Shown: one piece after another, positions 12,293-39,334 of the stretch
Layout: each line of letters opens with the position of its first letter
How positions within the stretch are numbered: the first letter of the stretch is position 1
Assembly: GCA_020137815.1 (NCBI GenBank)
Contig: CM035354.1
Span: 6,386,001 to 6,450,000, forward strand
Direction of reading: 5' to 3'
Origin: Hormiphora californensis
Lineage: Eukaryota; Animalia; Ctenophora
DNA length: 64,000 nt
The notes under the pieces: generated by a model
Database searches by the model: none
Told to the model about the DNA's origin: nothing
What the model saw: the letters and a program-made list of their open reading frames with translations, nothing else
Position numbers and translations under genes: made by a program

Positions 12293-14135
12293 CCTGTCAT
12301 CCTCAGTAAATGAAGGGGTGGTGAGATATCTGCAAAATGACTTTATACGAATGTGAATTTTTCTAGTGGGAAATAAAAATTATGGCCCTTGAAAAATGCT
12401 AAGATATGAATGATGGTGTATCTTCTAAGTAGAAATCTCAGTGATATGTTCAAGATATTACATCCGGCCCGATCAATTCATGATAATCTTATTTCTCGCA
12501 AGACCCTTTTTCACATCACGTATTTCACATCACGTATTTTTCTAACTCTATCTAGCAGAAAGGTCTAACTCTATCTAGTAGAAAGACAATAGCTTTCATT
12601 CCACCTAACTGCTCTCATGACTCATTGTCTCTTGGCCAGGGGAAGTATACGATCTAGAATTAAATAATTCCCAGGGGGAACATAATATTACACAATAATC
12701 GGATAAATTTCATCCTGGTAATATTTACATCGACCAGCAATATATTGAAAATTCCTGACGTCATTCTGACCTCTAATGAAATTGGTCATTCGCCCGATAT
12801 ATGAAGCAAAGTCACGTTATAATGTAACTTGGAGATAACTCTCTTGGTCGAATGATCTTTATCCAGCCGGCCAGTTGGTAAATTCCATTCAATAAAATAT
12901 CAACCAGAGTTTAATAACCAAATCGATTACTGATTATAATATTGGCCGATAAGAATCACTCTCTGTACAGAGAAAAAGACCTCAATGAATGGCTGGTGAG
13001 TAGTAAATGAAGAGATGGGTACTTATAGACAGCACTTACACACAACTCAATAGAAGGATTGAGAGGAATAGAACGAGACTGACGTGTAGGACGAATTCTG
13101 TACACCGGGGAGCTCGGGCGTTCAACGAGCACTCGCATCCATCTTCACTTTCTGAAAAAAGGAGGGTTTTTAGATCCCAATTGGAACAGCTCATAATTAT
13201 GAATGTAGTCAGCATGTTGCAGTGGGTTAATAACCCGGTCGCTTGTAGTGGGAACACGGTAATGGAAAACGGAGATACAGGATGAAGACGTGCAACCGTG
13301 GCCAATCAGTGCGCTAGTATGACAAATGCAATTTTTGCCGCGTGTTATGCAAAGTCCGTGTCTCTGGTCTCATTACTGTAATGCGACTACAAGCGGCAGC
13401 GTAACACAACAATAGTGTGTCACTATTAGGACAAAGGAAACTAGGCAACAATAGTCGACCAAAATCTCTCTGCCAGTACCTCCCGATATCAGCCATCATA
13501 TGTTCCTTGCCCTATAATATACCTACTTAAATATGTTTCCAATAAATAGTTCTTCAATAAATACCGTACCAAAAATAATGCTCTAGATTTCCCCAATTTT
13601 TACTTGTTATATTCTATCCTTCCATTTTTACTTGTTACATATATTCTATCCTTCCTTTTGGTTTACAAAATTTGCCGTGGGAAGCGGCGAGAGTTGCCTA
13701 GCTAGACTCTGTTTCGCGTGCTATGCCCCGACAAATTTAAAGGAGGGTTAGAACATAACAAGGCGAGAGGGGCTGAGAGGGGGTCGAGCAATGCAACCTT
13801 TTAGCAAGCTAACGCGTGGCAGCATCATGAATATATACCAGTGCTACTAATACATATAATACAGTTACCTGTTTCTAATAAATCGCTATTCTTCGTTCCC
13901 ACAGAAAAGTTACCGCCTGCTGATGCCGTAGTGGAGAAGTTGTTTTCCCGTTTATTCACGCCATTTCGTACTTTCATTCTCTCCTATATAACATTGCAGA
14001 CAGATCATTATATGTGTAAGAACTAGTGAAGAGTATATATTTATTGAAATATTCTGAAATATATTAGTCTGCAACACCCTATATCACTCTAACCCAATAA
14101 TTTGTCACAGAACAGTGTTGAGAACCGCCCCCCGA

Positions 14136-15146
14136 ATGAACATGACATTTAACACGACCAGCTTCGTCCCCTACCTCATGACTCAGCCAACACCAGTGGA
14201 GCAGTACATCATGGCAACATGGACTCTATCCCTGTCTTTAATATGTCTAACAGGCAACACTATTGTGCTCAAAGGAACGAACCATCTCCGTCTGGATCGC
14301 ATCACAAAGGTGTTTATCCGGCATCTTGCAGTTGCTGATCTATTCAATGCCATGGGCAACCTTGTTATCGCATGGTTCCAGTTTACCAAACAACCCTTTT
14401 TTAAAGACATGACACTTTACTGTGTCCTACACACGCGGTATGTGTACTTTTTCGGCGGCCTAGATATATTTTTTGTTGCAGCCATCAACATCAGTAAAGT
14501 GCACGTGTTACTTTTCCCAATGGTCGCTCGAGCTCGACAGCGGAAGACGGGGGAGATCATTGCAGGGAGTTTCTGGGTCTCCCAGTTTCTGCTCCAGATA
14601 TTCACCGGAACCTACAGCGCCCTGACTGGCACAGGATGGGGATTTTTCGCACGATCCTGGTACCAGTGTACCATTCTGGGAATGCAGAAGAGGGTTAACT
14701 TCATCAACAACTTAGTCATGGTCCTCTTACCAACTGCTATTGTAATAGGAACTACCGTGTGGATGCTTCGCTTTGTTAGGACGAGGGTCCGGGGCTACCA
14801 AGCCACCGTTCTTATGCCGGTCATGGTTTCCATTGTGTTCATCTGCTCTTTCGTGCCCTTTACAATTACTAACGTATACAGGACGAACAATGAAGGAACC
14901 GCAGCACTAGAAGCGACCTGGTTTATCCTTGCCTCCCGATATGCTATGTGTCTCATACTCGTAAATTATTCTGCGAATCCGGTGATATATTTCTTTACCG
15001 TGAGGAGTTTTAAGGAATGGTGTCTAACCCTGTTGGGAGCGCAGACATCCAATCGCTTACAAATGTCACGGAGCAAGGAGGGAACGAGCGATCGTGCTGT
15101 GAGTGGAACGACGGGAGCGTCACGGCACACTACTTCTGTACTGTAA
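14136..15146 (+). CDS. Intronless rhodopsin-class (class A) GPCR
   Basis: Seven hydrophobic segments; GN in TM1 (LTGNTIV), LAVAD in TM2, Cys at the top of TM3, CSFVP in TM6, NPVIY in TM7. DRY position reads ISK. First ATG at 14136. Confidence 0.9.
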   Translation: MNMTFNTTSFVPYLMTQPTPVEQYIMATWTLSLSLICLTGNTIVLKGTNHLRLDRITKVFIRHLAVADLFNAMGNLVIAWFQFTKQPFFKDMTLYCVLHTRYVYFFGGLDIFFVAAINISKVHVLLFPMVARARQRKTGEIIAGSFWVSQFLLQIFTGTYSALTGTGWGFFARSWYQCTILGMQKRVNFINNLVMVLLPTAIVIGTTVWMLRFVRTRVRGYQATVLMPVMVSIVFICSFVPFTITNVYRTNNEGTAALEATWFILASRYAMCLILVNYSANPVIYFFTVRSFKEWCLTLLGAQTSNRLQMSRSKEGTSDRAVSGTTGASRHTTSVL

Positions 15147-15431
15147 TTTAAACAAGGTAGGCTCTGACAATGATAAACAAGGGCCCCAGCAGGTACAGTG
15201 CACCAAACGCACCCACTGCTGTAATAGGACACTTTCACAGTTGGCTGACTTGGAGCACAAAACAATTTGAAATATATTAACATGCTGGTATTTGTGTTTA
15301 TGTTCGCTAAAAGCTGATATAATATTATATTGTTTGTTTATAGCGGTAAAGATTGTGAGACCCCAATAAAATATAACCTAAATTATTTTCAAGTCTAAAC
15401 TCAATGTTTTTAAATCAAAAACGAAATTGTA

Positions 15432-16300
15432 AGGTTTACAAGTTTACAAGTTTACAATAAAAGTTTTAGTGTACACAACAGGCCTTCCCTTAGTGGGTCC
15501 ACCTAAATAAATTAAACACGTATCACCTCTCAGCCACTCTCAGACATTTACAGCACATTGAGGGGAAATATCATTGGGAAGTGATGGATAGCCTCTGACA
15601 GGGGGACGGTCATAAAAGCCTGTCAAGTAATTGCCCAGGGATGATTTGAATTGACCTAAGCTTCCGCAAGAGTTAACGGCCGCTGGCAACCTGTTCCACA
15701 GGTGAGCAGCTCTCGGTCCGAAGGAAGAATGGTACTGATTCGCTCTCCAGGTCTCAGCCCGATAAGGAAACACTGGTGGGACTAACCTCATACCCAGCCT
15801 TGCACTGTGTTGGAACACAAGATTTGCAGAATTCGGAACAAACCCATGGATCGTCTTCCACACATGTATCAACATGTAACGTTGTCTCCTACGTTGAAGA
15901 GACATCAGGTTGAGAACTTTTAATCTCTCCCAATAGTCGAGATTCTGCATTCCATCAAGTCTTCTAGTAAAACACCGTTGGACGTTCTCAATTGACTTGA
16001 TGTCCCCAGACTTTGACGGATCCCAGACCAGACAACAATACTCCAAAATTGGTCTGACCAGTGATTTGAAGAGTTGCAACATTACCTCTGGTGAACGATC
16101 TCGAAAAACACTGAAAATCCACCCAGATAGGAGAGAGGCTCTCCTCACAATGGTGGCAATGTGCTTAGACCAAGAACCATCCGAGGACATCTGGACACCC
16201 AAGTCACGGACATCAGCTTCAGGAAACAGTTGTACTCCAGATTTTGTGGTATACGAACATATGTCGACTTCCGGGGTGGTCAGGCAGACATTTGGCTGAA
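15432..16300 (-). mobile_element. 5'-truncated non-LTR retrotransposon (CR1/L2-type ORF2 C-terminus)
   Basis: ORF 15540-16202 carries LFKSLVRPILEYC..W.P, IENVQRCFTR and DYWERLKVLNLMSLQRRR; the 3' end carries tandem (TTGTAAAC)n at ~15435-15460. Confidence 0.9.
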
Positions 16301-16685
16301 ACTCAAATTAATTTGTTTAAAGTAGTGTTGAAAAGTTACTGGATATGTATAAAAATGACAAACAAGGGGTAAATAATAAAAATAATACGATTGATCTGTG
16401 CGAGCAAATGGACGAGATGGGTGGAATTATAATCAGCGTGAGGTGCCAGTGTTGAGCGTTGATTGGTTAATTTGACTAAACTAAACGGTTTCTGATAGAT
16501 AATCGATAGCACTCGTCAGTTACCTCCAAAGAGGGCCCTAGCCATACCATAACGGACAGTAATAACTCATCTCTACCGCCAAAATCGATAAATTGTCATC
16601 AGAGCAAGTAGCGACGTCGGACGTTCCAAAAAAGAAAAAAGACAGTTTTCGATTTTTTAAAAGTTCAATTCTATTAAATATATAT

Positions 16686-17587
16686 TAGAGTGATCCATAA
16701 TGATTTTCGCTAGCTATTTTTTCGGGGTTTCGTTCATGGGAGCCCTAAAATTTTTACAGGAACTTGTTCGGCACGAAATTTTGATCTCACAACACCATTT
16801 TTAGGGACCAGTCTATGTTTCTTCCAAAGGCTATAGCCCGTTTTCTAGTGGTTGGCCACTATGCCGTCTTCCGTATCAAAATATGGTCAAAATGCAAGTA
16901 AATTTTATGAGAATTAGCGGTTTTCACATATAAAGTAGTCCATTCTATCAGTTGTCATCGGAAACAAGCCATTTTGAGCCGAAAAATATGCTGGATTGGA
17001 GTAGGGGGCTAAAAATCGCCCGAAAAGTGGCACAAAATGTGATTTCAAATTGCCTGTTTTCGGGCAACATTTTTGAACTTCAATTTTAGGCCTTCTAAGA
17101 TATCCAAAACCGTCAAATAACTTAAGCATCATGTAGAACTAAGTTTGATTTGTAATTTGAGCTTTCAATCTTGGCAAAAGACCAACCAGGTCCGTGGTGA
17201 CAGCCTTTCAAAGTGAAAAAATGGGTTTTTGACCAATTTCTAAAAATAGCCCACAAAATAAAATGTGAAAATCGGATTTAGATTTAATTTTTACACAAAT
17301 GTCCCAAAAAGATGTCTTTCTTTCCCTATAAAAAGTCCTGGATCCATTGGAATCAATTTACGGCCTCTACAGGGCTAAAACCAAGGACTGAAATTTGGGT
17401 TGTAAGACCGGAACAAAACTGAACTTCATAAATAGTCCGTCACCGGTAAAATTCTGTCATTGAAAACTTTAAACATGGTCTTAGGGTTAACAAATAGTCC
17501 AAACTAAAAGATCCTGTAGAAATTTTTGGTCTCTATCATCACTAGCGATCAGGAAGTACCTAGCGAAAATCATTATGGATCACGCTA
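16686..17587. mobile_element. Non-autonomous DNA transposon (TAG..CTA ends, hAT-like)
   Basis: 28-bp TIR TAGAGTGATCCATAATGATTTTCGCTAG with one mismatch; TSD ambiguous in AT-rich flanks. Confidence 0.75.
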
Positions 17588-18578
17588 ATATTATATTCAA
17601 TTCGGATCACGAAGCGCGCGGTAATAAAATATGCGCGGCTCAGATTGAAGATTTGCGCGTTCCAATTTAAAACACGCGCGCGCCTTGAAGTCCATATTTT
17701 CAAGTTTAAAGTCGCGTTGGATAACAAGTTTCTGATTGGCCAACAGGTAGACACATGAATGAATTAATTACACTAATGAACTTTGCGATAACATAGTTCG
17801 GTAATGTTTTTATTCCATATAAGGCGATCACCTGCTTCAGTGCTGTGAGGCACGTGCTTGAGGAGGCCATATATGGGCATCACCTGCGCACCATGTAGGG
17901 AATAATTCAGCTACTGTCTGATTTGTTGGGAAGCGCGTGGCAGACCATTTCTTTTGGTATGCCTCACAGCCGTGCTACCTCTCTTTCTCTCGCTCTCTCT
18001 TGCCGTGATGCTTTAGTTGCAATTGTTGTCACTCCCTAAATGCTATAATTGCTCCTCCTTTCTGCCTAATCGCTTTCTGTAGTTTAAACGCCGCTCTTTA
18101 CTCCACTCTCTCAGCAGCTAATTTCGACTTCTTCCAATAGGAGTAAATCCTCTAGTTAATTGTGTGAACGCCAAGATTGCTTTCAGTCGAAGCAACCCTT
18201 CCTTCAGCACCTCGCTGACCCCAGCCTCCAGTCGGGCCCAGGGCTGGCCACTACTAGGATCGGGGGCAGCATCATTAGGTGGGTGTGTTTCCCGCCCAAT
18301 TTGTGTATTGTATAGTGTGGTGAACCTCCCCCCCCCATTATACATTGTAATTATCCTCCCTCCCCTGTGTTAAATAAGGCGGGCCATTGATCTCCCTCCT
18401 AAGGAAAGTAGGGTCCAACATCCCGCCCTCTCCACCCCCCCCCCCATTATGATACTAACGAGGGTCTTAATAGGGCCCTCTATTGTCCTGAACCGCCTAT
18501 CTGACGAGAATGCCACGAGTGAATATTTGGAGAACAATAGCCCCCTTAGACCTTTTAACCGACCATATAGTATAATAA

Positions 18579-18655
<77 letters not shown>

Positions 18656-18925
18656 ACTCTCTCCTCACTCCTTCCCTAAACCTCCCGGCTCCCTTTGGTA
18701 AATAACACATCTCATTTGGCATATTGCTATATCGAGGGAGAGAGGGAGAGAGGGAGAGAGAAATGGCGGTAGAAAGGCCGGCGACCATTTGTCACCGGTT
18801 GACTGACTAGCCCCCCATGAACTATTTAACACTCCTCCACCCTCCATAATATATATTACTCAGACCCTGACATGCTTCACCCCAATCCCCCTCCCTATTT
18901 CTCACACTCTCCCCTCTATCTCAGG

Positions 18926-30901
<11,976 letters not shown>

Positions 30902-31671
30902 ACAATCCCACAGAAAGCAGATGAGGTCTAAAGAAACAGATGGTGTAGATAGAGAGAGAGAGGATTGGAGCCAGTACCTTCCAGAGATGGAAGAAGAAGA
31001 TGATATATGAATGATATTGAGAAAGACTGATATAGCGATGGATTCGTTAAAGTGTGTGTATTGTGCGGTAAAGTGCGGCGGTTTAGTTTTATAAAGGCAC
31101 ACGCCACACTTAACTTAAACTATTTTTAATCTTCTTTACTATACCACTTGGTTATCGAAGTGTGTTGAACGTAATCCAGGAGAGGGAGAGAGAAAGTGAA
31201 AGACTGTATCTGTAAAAGATGGTTCGAGGGAGTGATTGAGGAGAGAACGAACGAAAGTAGGGAGATGGGATGGTGTGTTCAACCATTATATATCAGACGA
31301 TTTTCCGTCAGTTTATCTACTTTGTATATCTGGTAGTTAGAACCCTGTTTTCCCCCGTAACAGTTGCATTGTTCGTACTGTCTTAGTCTAACCTATCATC
31401 ACAGTACAACGTAGTAATTAGCCCTATAGCGGTAAAATTGCTCTGAAAATTGTTTCCCCTCGAATATTGGTTCATCACATTTTACTTTTTATGTTTAAGT
31501 TATGTGTTTTTAGTTAAAGAAGTTACTATCGATATCTATAGTTTATCTTATCAAGGATCCCCAGATTCCTTTATTTTTTTGTGGCGATTGGACTTGGAGT
31601 CTAGATAAGGTGACTTGTGTCTTTGACGGCAGTCCAAATTGTAGTTTCTGCCCCTCTCTGTGCGATCAGAT

Positions 31672-31739
31672 CTGTCTGGCGGTACCAACCGGATCTCAGC
31701 ACACTGAGAATCAAAACGAGGTATGGCGCCGCCAGACAG
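31672..31739. mobile_element. Very short MITE-like element, CTGTCTGGCGG..CCGCCAGACAG
   Basis: 11-bp TIR; related sequences at ~1172-1225, ~34526-34564 and ~35130-35185. Confidence 0.55.
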
Positions 31740-32376
31740 CTTATGCCCTAAACTTATGGAACGAATGCCCTCATCCATGCCTTTACACTACTACTACTAC
31801 CCCGTCTTCTTATTAGAGGTCTAATATATTATTATATCTAATGTGTGATGAGAACTGTATTCAGCTCGGAGATATGTGACATTTTGATTAAATTTTTATC
31901 AAATGAAAGTCTTTGTGCTTAATGAATCCCTCCCCCAATATCTATCTGGTGGTCCAGATATAATACCCACTATAATATTCCGATATCTTCGTGTCACTCC
32001 ACCTTGCTAATCGACACTTCCCAGTTTCGTCACGATATCACGTGATACTACTCTGATATTATCACGTGCCCATCTTTCCACGTGGTGGGTGGCAACTTCA
32101 TTTTCACAATTCCACGTCAGCATTACAATGCATTGGTACTATACGGATATTGGATAACGTTGCGTTCATCAACGGCAGTTGAACTTGATGATCAAGTTCA
32201 ACTACCGTAATGTAATATCAATGAATATGATCATGCCTTGTTGTTGCCATACATCATACTCAACAAATGCAAATCATGCCGGAATCGGGCTTACTCAACA
32301 AGGGCTGACCCTTTCTTGCGGTGAGATTGAGAGTGGTCACACATATTGATATAGATATTAGATATTATGGCATGGC

Positions 32377-33347
32377 GGGGGGGGGGGGGGGGGCAACGAA
32401 TTTTTTATATATTTCCTTAATTTTGGAATTTTTTATATATATATAAAAATATATAAAAATATATAAAAATATATAAAAATATATAAAAATATATAAAAAT
32501 ATATAAAGTTATATAAATAATATATAAAAATATATAAAAATATATAAAATAAACCCTTTTTTCACCCCTTTTACTTTCAAAAAAGGGGATTATTTCCATC
32601 TATTGTTCACTTGAATATGTTTCATAGAGTGTTTGAGAGGGTGATAGCTGTTTTACATAATTGAGAATGTGTTCAAAAGTGAATTATGCACTGTCAAAAG
32701 TAGAACTGGTGAAGAGTTGTTCCGGCCTAATAATATCTACCAGTTTTGGTGTGATTTCAATCATTTTTTGTATGTTGATCCGTGCAGATGTACTAGAACT
32801 GGTGAAGAGAGGTTGGGATCGCGAAACTAAAAAAACAAATCATTTTTGACGTCATGACGTTATTGACGCGACGTCACGATGTTACAAACGTCACATTGAT
32901 GACGGAAAATCATCAGGATTATCTAGATGAAGATGCTGACCAAGTTTGAGATCAATTGAATGATATTTGATCCCGCTATGGCGAAAAACAGCTTTCTGTT
33001 TTCACACTTTCGGCACAATTTTTTATATATTTTTATACTAGCCTTCTATCTAGATTTCAGGGCCCCTTAGCTGCAGCAGACGCTGTGTGGGGTCCTTAGT
33101 GTGTACGGTTCTGATGTGTGTATTGATTTCTTTGCCTTTGTAAGTATACCTAAAATAGTTCTTCCCAGTAAAATATATTTTTTATATATTTTTATATATT
33201 TTTATATATTCATATGTATTTTTATATATTTTTATATATTTTATATATATATAAAAAATTATGTTTTTTTTTTTCAAAAAAAAGGTATATAAAATATATA
33301 AAAATATATAAAAAATGAGCGTTGCCCCCCCCCCCCCCCCCCCCCCC
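32377..33347. mobile_element. DNA element with poly-G/poly-C termini and inverted (ATATATAAAA)n arrays
   Basis: G17-CAACG at the left end and CGTTG-C23 at the right; direct repeat GGCATGGC(GG) on both flanks gives an 8-10 bp TSD. Confidence 0.8.
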
Positions 33348-33952
33348 GGCATGGCGGTATCTCACAGTCACATTGAACCCACACATAACATTTAACAAGG
33401 CGGCCTCGTTTTAATTCTGAATCAGTGTGCACACCCCGCTTTGATTCTCAAGCGCACTATCCTTTAGGATCGAAACGAGATCTGGCTCAACACTCAACTC
33501 TCAATGTCTTGCACCGCCAGATAGTCTGGACAGAATGGACCATGTTTCCTATTTCGACTTGTTGAGTAAGCTACTCAACAAATTTGGGCCAATTTCTATC
33601 TGTCCATCTTGGTATGAAGGTGACAACTACATCGTTTTGCGGGGATAAGAATAAAAATAAATTCAAGACATTGTCAATCTCTAAAAAGAATAAAACTCCC
33701 ACAGTCGAATATTTCTGCCAACAATTAGAAGGCAATAACTGTCAAAATGACAGCTGTCAGTTGTCACTCACTGGTCGAGAAATCTTTAATCAGTCACAAT
33801 AAAATAAGTTATTTGAGTCCCTCAATCAAAATTAAATGTATATCAAATTAAAGCAATACCCCTCCAAGTTTGTTGAATCAATAACTCATAGTAAGGTCAA
33901 CCACAGATCACACAGCTACAGTAGTAGTACTGTACTACTAGTACAGTGTCAA

Positions 33953-36265
33953 TTAAAAGTCCCCCATATCCAGAACAGTACATTGTACCACAACAGGTGG
34001 TTCAGTGGAAACCGTAACGTAACTATAATCCACATCAGATATCCACCGATCAGTGAACAGTCCCCGGATATCCGCTAATGTACACGTGGGAGGTGGATCA
34101 CAGGAGATGGACCGGAGAGAGGGGGTTTCTTGGAGGAGTGCCAGTAGGTACATGTGGTCCACATTCCTTAATAGACACCCTGATGATGGGATAGTTGGGT
34201 TAGAGGGAGAGAGAGAGAGGCTCGTGCCACTGCCTAGGGGAGGCAGGTGGCAACCCTATAGCTTTTAGGTCAAATAGGACCTTGGCAGCGTTACATACAG
34301 GGGATAGCGCGACGTGCCCAAAATAGGACCATATTCGTCACAAAGGAAACCTACCCATAATATTGAGGTGTGTCAGCTTTGAGAACCTGATACCAAGAGA
34401 AGCTGCTATGTTGGCCTTCAGTGGCAATCTGAGGGAGAGAAAAGAAGGTTCAGATACACAATATACAATACAAAAGATAGTGACTCCCGTACTCATTCAA
34501 TTCAAAATGTACTTGTTCATGTTCTTTCTGGCGGCGCTCAGATGGCGTCTGCAGCGCCAGACAGTTCATGTTGGGTAACTCAACAATAAGTTACACCTTA
34601 CCCCTTGAGATCAAGTTTTGTAATAGAAGTACAGGAGACAGTGAGGCCAAGGAACCAGTGGGTATCAGGAACTGCAGTACCCCTCAGACTCAGCTCAGTA
34701 ACTGTATTGGGTAGGACACATTCAGGTAGAGTGCCTGTCAGACTAAGGCATACCCTCTCTAACGACCTGTTTAGGGTTTGTGGTTCAGAAAAGTATACCC
34801 ATGATAATTGTGATTTGTGCCCTAAATTGAGGGCTTGTCTCAATTCATGAATGTCATTCAGAAACTCAACTCTCATACCGTATTTTGTCGAGGTTAAGTT
34901 TGCCGGTTACACGCCCCTGAATCCTGAGATCAGTTATCAGCGAAATAGGGAAGTCCACAGGTCCAGTGAGGTGACAGTGGAGCAGGACACATGTTTTGAG
35001 GTTGTGGAGATGGTTAGAAAGGACAGCAAACCTATCATTGTTGACCCCTGATACCTGTGGGAAATAATAACGATGAGGAGCCGCATGCAGTGTAGTTAGG
35101 GGCAAAAATGTAGTAGGTAAGGGACTGTCTCGCGGCCCGATCGAGCACTGATTTGAGAACCGAACGGGGTCTGGCACCGCCAGAAAGGTTAAGGCACAAA
35201 CCTCTAGACAGGTGAGGTAGGTAAATATTCCACCCATGTTACTCGGTAGGGAGGAAGGGTAGTTAATGGTGAGGTGGGTCAGTGTGGAGGGTAACCGGTC
35301 ATCAGTTATACAGCCTATCTCTGTTACGGTTAACTTGCGTAGCCCTCTATAATGGTTAACCCACTGAACGCTGTAGTCATCCATCTGATAGAGAGGTGGT
35401 TCTTGTTAGAGAGGAAATGAAGGGTATTATAGGGGATCAATGACAATCGGAACTGTTCAGATGGGTTGAGGGAATGAAATTAAATTTATTGCCACAAAAG
35501 AACTCACGGGCCACAAACCCACTCACGGGCCATAACCCACGTGCCACAACTCACCAGTGAGCCCCCGTGGACATGAAGAGCGAGTTGAGTTAGATCTCGA
35601 AAGAGGCACAGACTCCGTACCACCTTTAGCAGGTACTTGGTGGTGCAGGAAACAGAGAGGGAGGATACAGCAGGGTGGTGTTTGTGTAGAAGTTGGACAC
35701 ACACTGGATCTGTGAAGGGAGGGAGAGGGTTATATATTGGGTCTTTGGAAGAGAGAGAGAGAGTAACTGGGGCGTTTATAGATCGCATTCCCCCCCCATT
35801 CATTTGGAACTCAATGATTGATTTCACACATACACAGGAGCATACCTGTATTACGAAGAAGAACTGAGACAGGTTTTCGTGTTGCAATCATTCTCCACAG
35901 GTGTTTAGCCTTTGCTGTCTTACTGGTGCACTTTAGTACACACACCTTGCCAGCAAGCAGGGAATCTTCCCCTGATAGCAGACCATGCCATCTCCTGCAA
36001 ACCTGGGTGAAATTGATTGTTAATTGTTATTGTGAGGTTTTAGTTTGTTGAGGGTGGGTAGTTTTAGAGAACTCCTAATCAAGATCCGGCAACTTCATAA
36101 TCATAAAGGCTGAATGGAGGATTAAAAGAACTTTAAAATAATATTGCATGTACTCTTTGAAGGCAGGTGTTTGCCGCTATAAAGTACCTTTGCACAATTT
36201 ATGACATCTCGAGTGTTGAGGTAGCCGAATATAGAGAGCAGGACCTCATTAGCTAGGTAGTCCAT
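33953..36265 (-). CDS. F-box / leucine-rich-repeat protein
   Basis: Exon 1 MDYLANEVLLSIFGYLNTRDVINCAK joins VCRRWHGL (F-box consensus). Downstream exons have LxxLxL-type repeats (LRKLTV, LTHLTI, VTELSL, ITKLDL) and end ..DMGDF* at 33953. Confidence 0.8.
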
Positions 36266-36675
36266 TCAACATTTCATCAATCCATCCCTGAGTGGAAGAT
36301 TGGTCAAGGGAAATAATAAATGGGAGATGTTTCAGGGACAGAAATTATGGCACCAGGATCGCTTGTTAGCGCCGCGCTGCGCGGCTCGATAACTGCGCTG
36401 CTGACACTGTACATGGGGCAACTTTTCACGCTGCAAAAGAGCTAGCGATATGCAAAAGTTTCCAAGGTAACAGTCGTCAGCAGAGAGACGAGTCTTATTT
36501 CAATCAAGGCTGAGTCCGAATTGGCAAAGTTGAAATTTAAATTTAGTAAACTGGTCAATATTACAACAAAAGATAAACCCTTTCAAAACACACGCACACA
36601 ACGTTAAACTGCAAAATGTAAAAGAACGACAAACAACAAAAGCTAGAACAATGGGAGGTCAATATCTATCAAGTT

Positions 36676-38019
<1,344 letters not shown>

Positions 38020-38223
38020 GCTAAAAAGAGAGGGAGGGAGATACAAGTTATAATGAGTGGATAGGATCAAGGAGAGGGGGACACGAGGAAGGTAAAACGG
38101 AAACAACAGAATTCAAAAGGCAAATTGAAACTTTTCAGAGCGGTAAAAAGATGAAAATAATTTAAATTTAGACATGTCAGACACAATTCCCAGTCACGCA
38201 CACAGATTAAAATCAGGATAAAT

Positions 38224-39060
38224 TTAAAAGTTGACAACCTTTGGTTTCGGTTTATCAGGTTTTGTTTCAGGTTTCTTTTTCACAAACTCTCCAAAATCTA
38301 ACATTCCATCGTCATCAAGACTTCCCCCATCACCCATTGTCCTCAATTTGATGGTGTTATTCGTCCTTCGCTTCTGTTTAGTCGGACAATCCTTTGCAAA
38401 GTGCTCCACATCACCACACTCCTTACAACAACCCCCGTTAGGATAAAGACCCCTGGGGTTATCAGGACAAGATCTTGACAGGTGACCTGTTTCATTGCAA
38501 ACAAAACATTTGGCGTGAGGAAAACCGTTTATATCGTGTCTCCTACAGGCCGCTGAGGTGTGCTCAGTTGACCCACATTTGAAACACATTCCAAGACCTT
38601 TTTCAGATCCTTGGGGACATTTTGATGCCTTGTGGTTTGTACTCCTACACACAAAACAAGGGTTGTCCTTGCCACGGCGTCTCTTGTGAACATCAGCCCG
38701 ACTTGCCTTCCGTGCCTCTGGATCCATCTTAGAGAACTTCATTGAGCCTTTGCCCTGTTTTCTTCTGAACTCCCCACCGTTATCTGACTGGCCACCCTGC
38801 TTCCTCCTAAATTCACCATCTGACTGGCCTCCTTTACCTGATTTCTTGTTGAATGAAGGAGCACTACTACCTGCTGCTGCAGTGGAAGCAGCCTCTGCAG
38901 CTATCGCTTCATTCACAACCTGCTGTTTTGGTTTCTTCTTCTTCTTCAACTTCTTAACAACCCCATCCTGTTTGGCAGGTATGGACTGTTTCAGGGAGGA
39001 CCAAGCTGACCCGTCCTCAGCTTCTTTCTTACCAGCTTGGGGTCTTGCGTACCGTGTCAT
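38224..39060 (-). CDS. ZCCHC9: CCHC zinc-knuckle protein, single coding exon
   Basis: Four CX2CX4HX4C knuckles, including CFKCGSTEH and AKCFVCNETGHLSRSCPDNPRGLYPNGGCC..VEHFAKDCP; basic tail ending KVVNF. Confidence 0.88.
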   Translation of the reverse strand: MTRYARPQAGKKEAEDGSAWSSLKQSIPAKQDGVVKKLKKKKKPKQQVVNEAIAAEAASTAAAGSSAPSFNKKSGKGGQSDGEFRRKQGGQSDNGGEFRRKQGKGSMKFSKMDPEARKASRADVHKRRRGKDNPCFVCRSTNHKASKCPQGSEKGLGMCFKCGSTEHTSAACRRHDINGFPHAKCFVCNETGHLSRSCPDNPRGLYPNGGCCKECGDVEHFAKDCPTKQKRRTNNTIKLRTMGDGGSLDDDGMLDFGEFVKKKPETKPDKPKPKVVNF

Positions 39061-39334
39061 TACACTAATAGTAAAGGGAGTGGTGGTGATTTGTAAAGTA
39101 GCACGGAATGAATTGGCAGTTACACTGCTTCTAGAGAAAGGGGGGGGGGGTGATTGACGGAATGAATTGGCATAGCAGCGAATCGAACATCGCTGGAGAG
39201 GACATGATTAATCAAAACCAAGTTGTTCTGTGCAATTTTCACATCGATTACATATTTACACTCTATACAGCATAGAAAACACTTTACACACGTAAATAAA
39301 AATGTCTCTGTTGTATATAATATCTGGAATGGGT

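Noticed and set aside
34598-35384. Apparent frameshift between the two LRR ORFs
   Set aside because: Explained by a GT-AG intron (~34878-34767); no recoding is needed.
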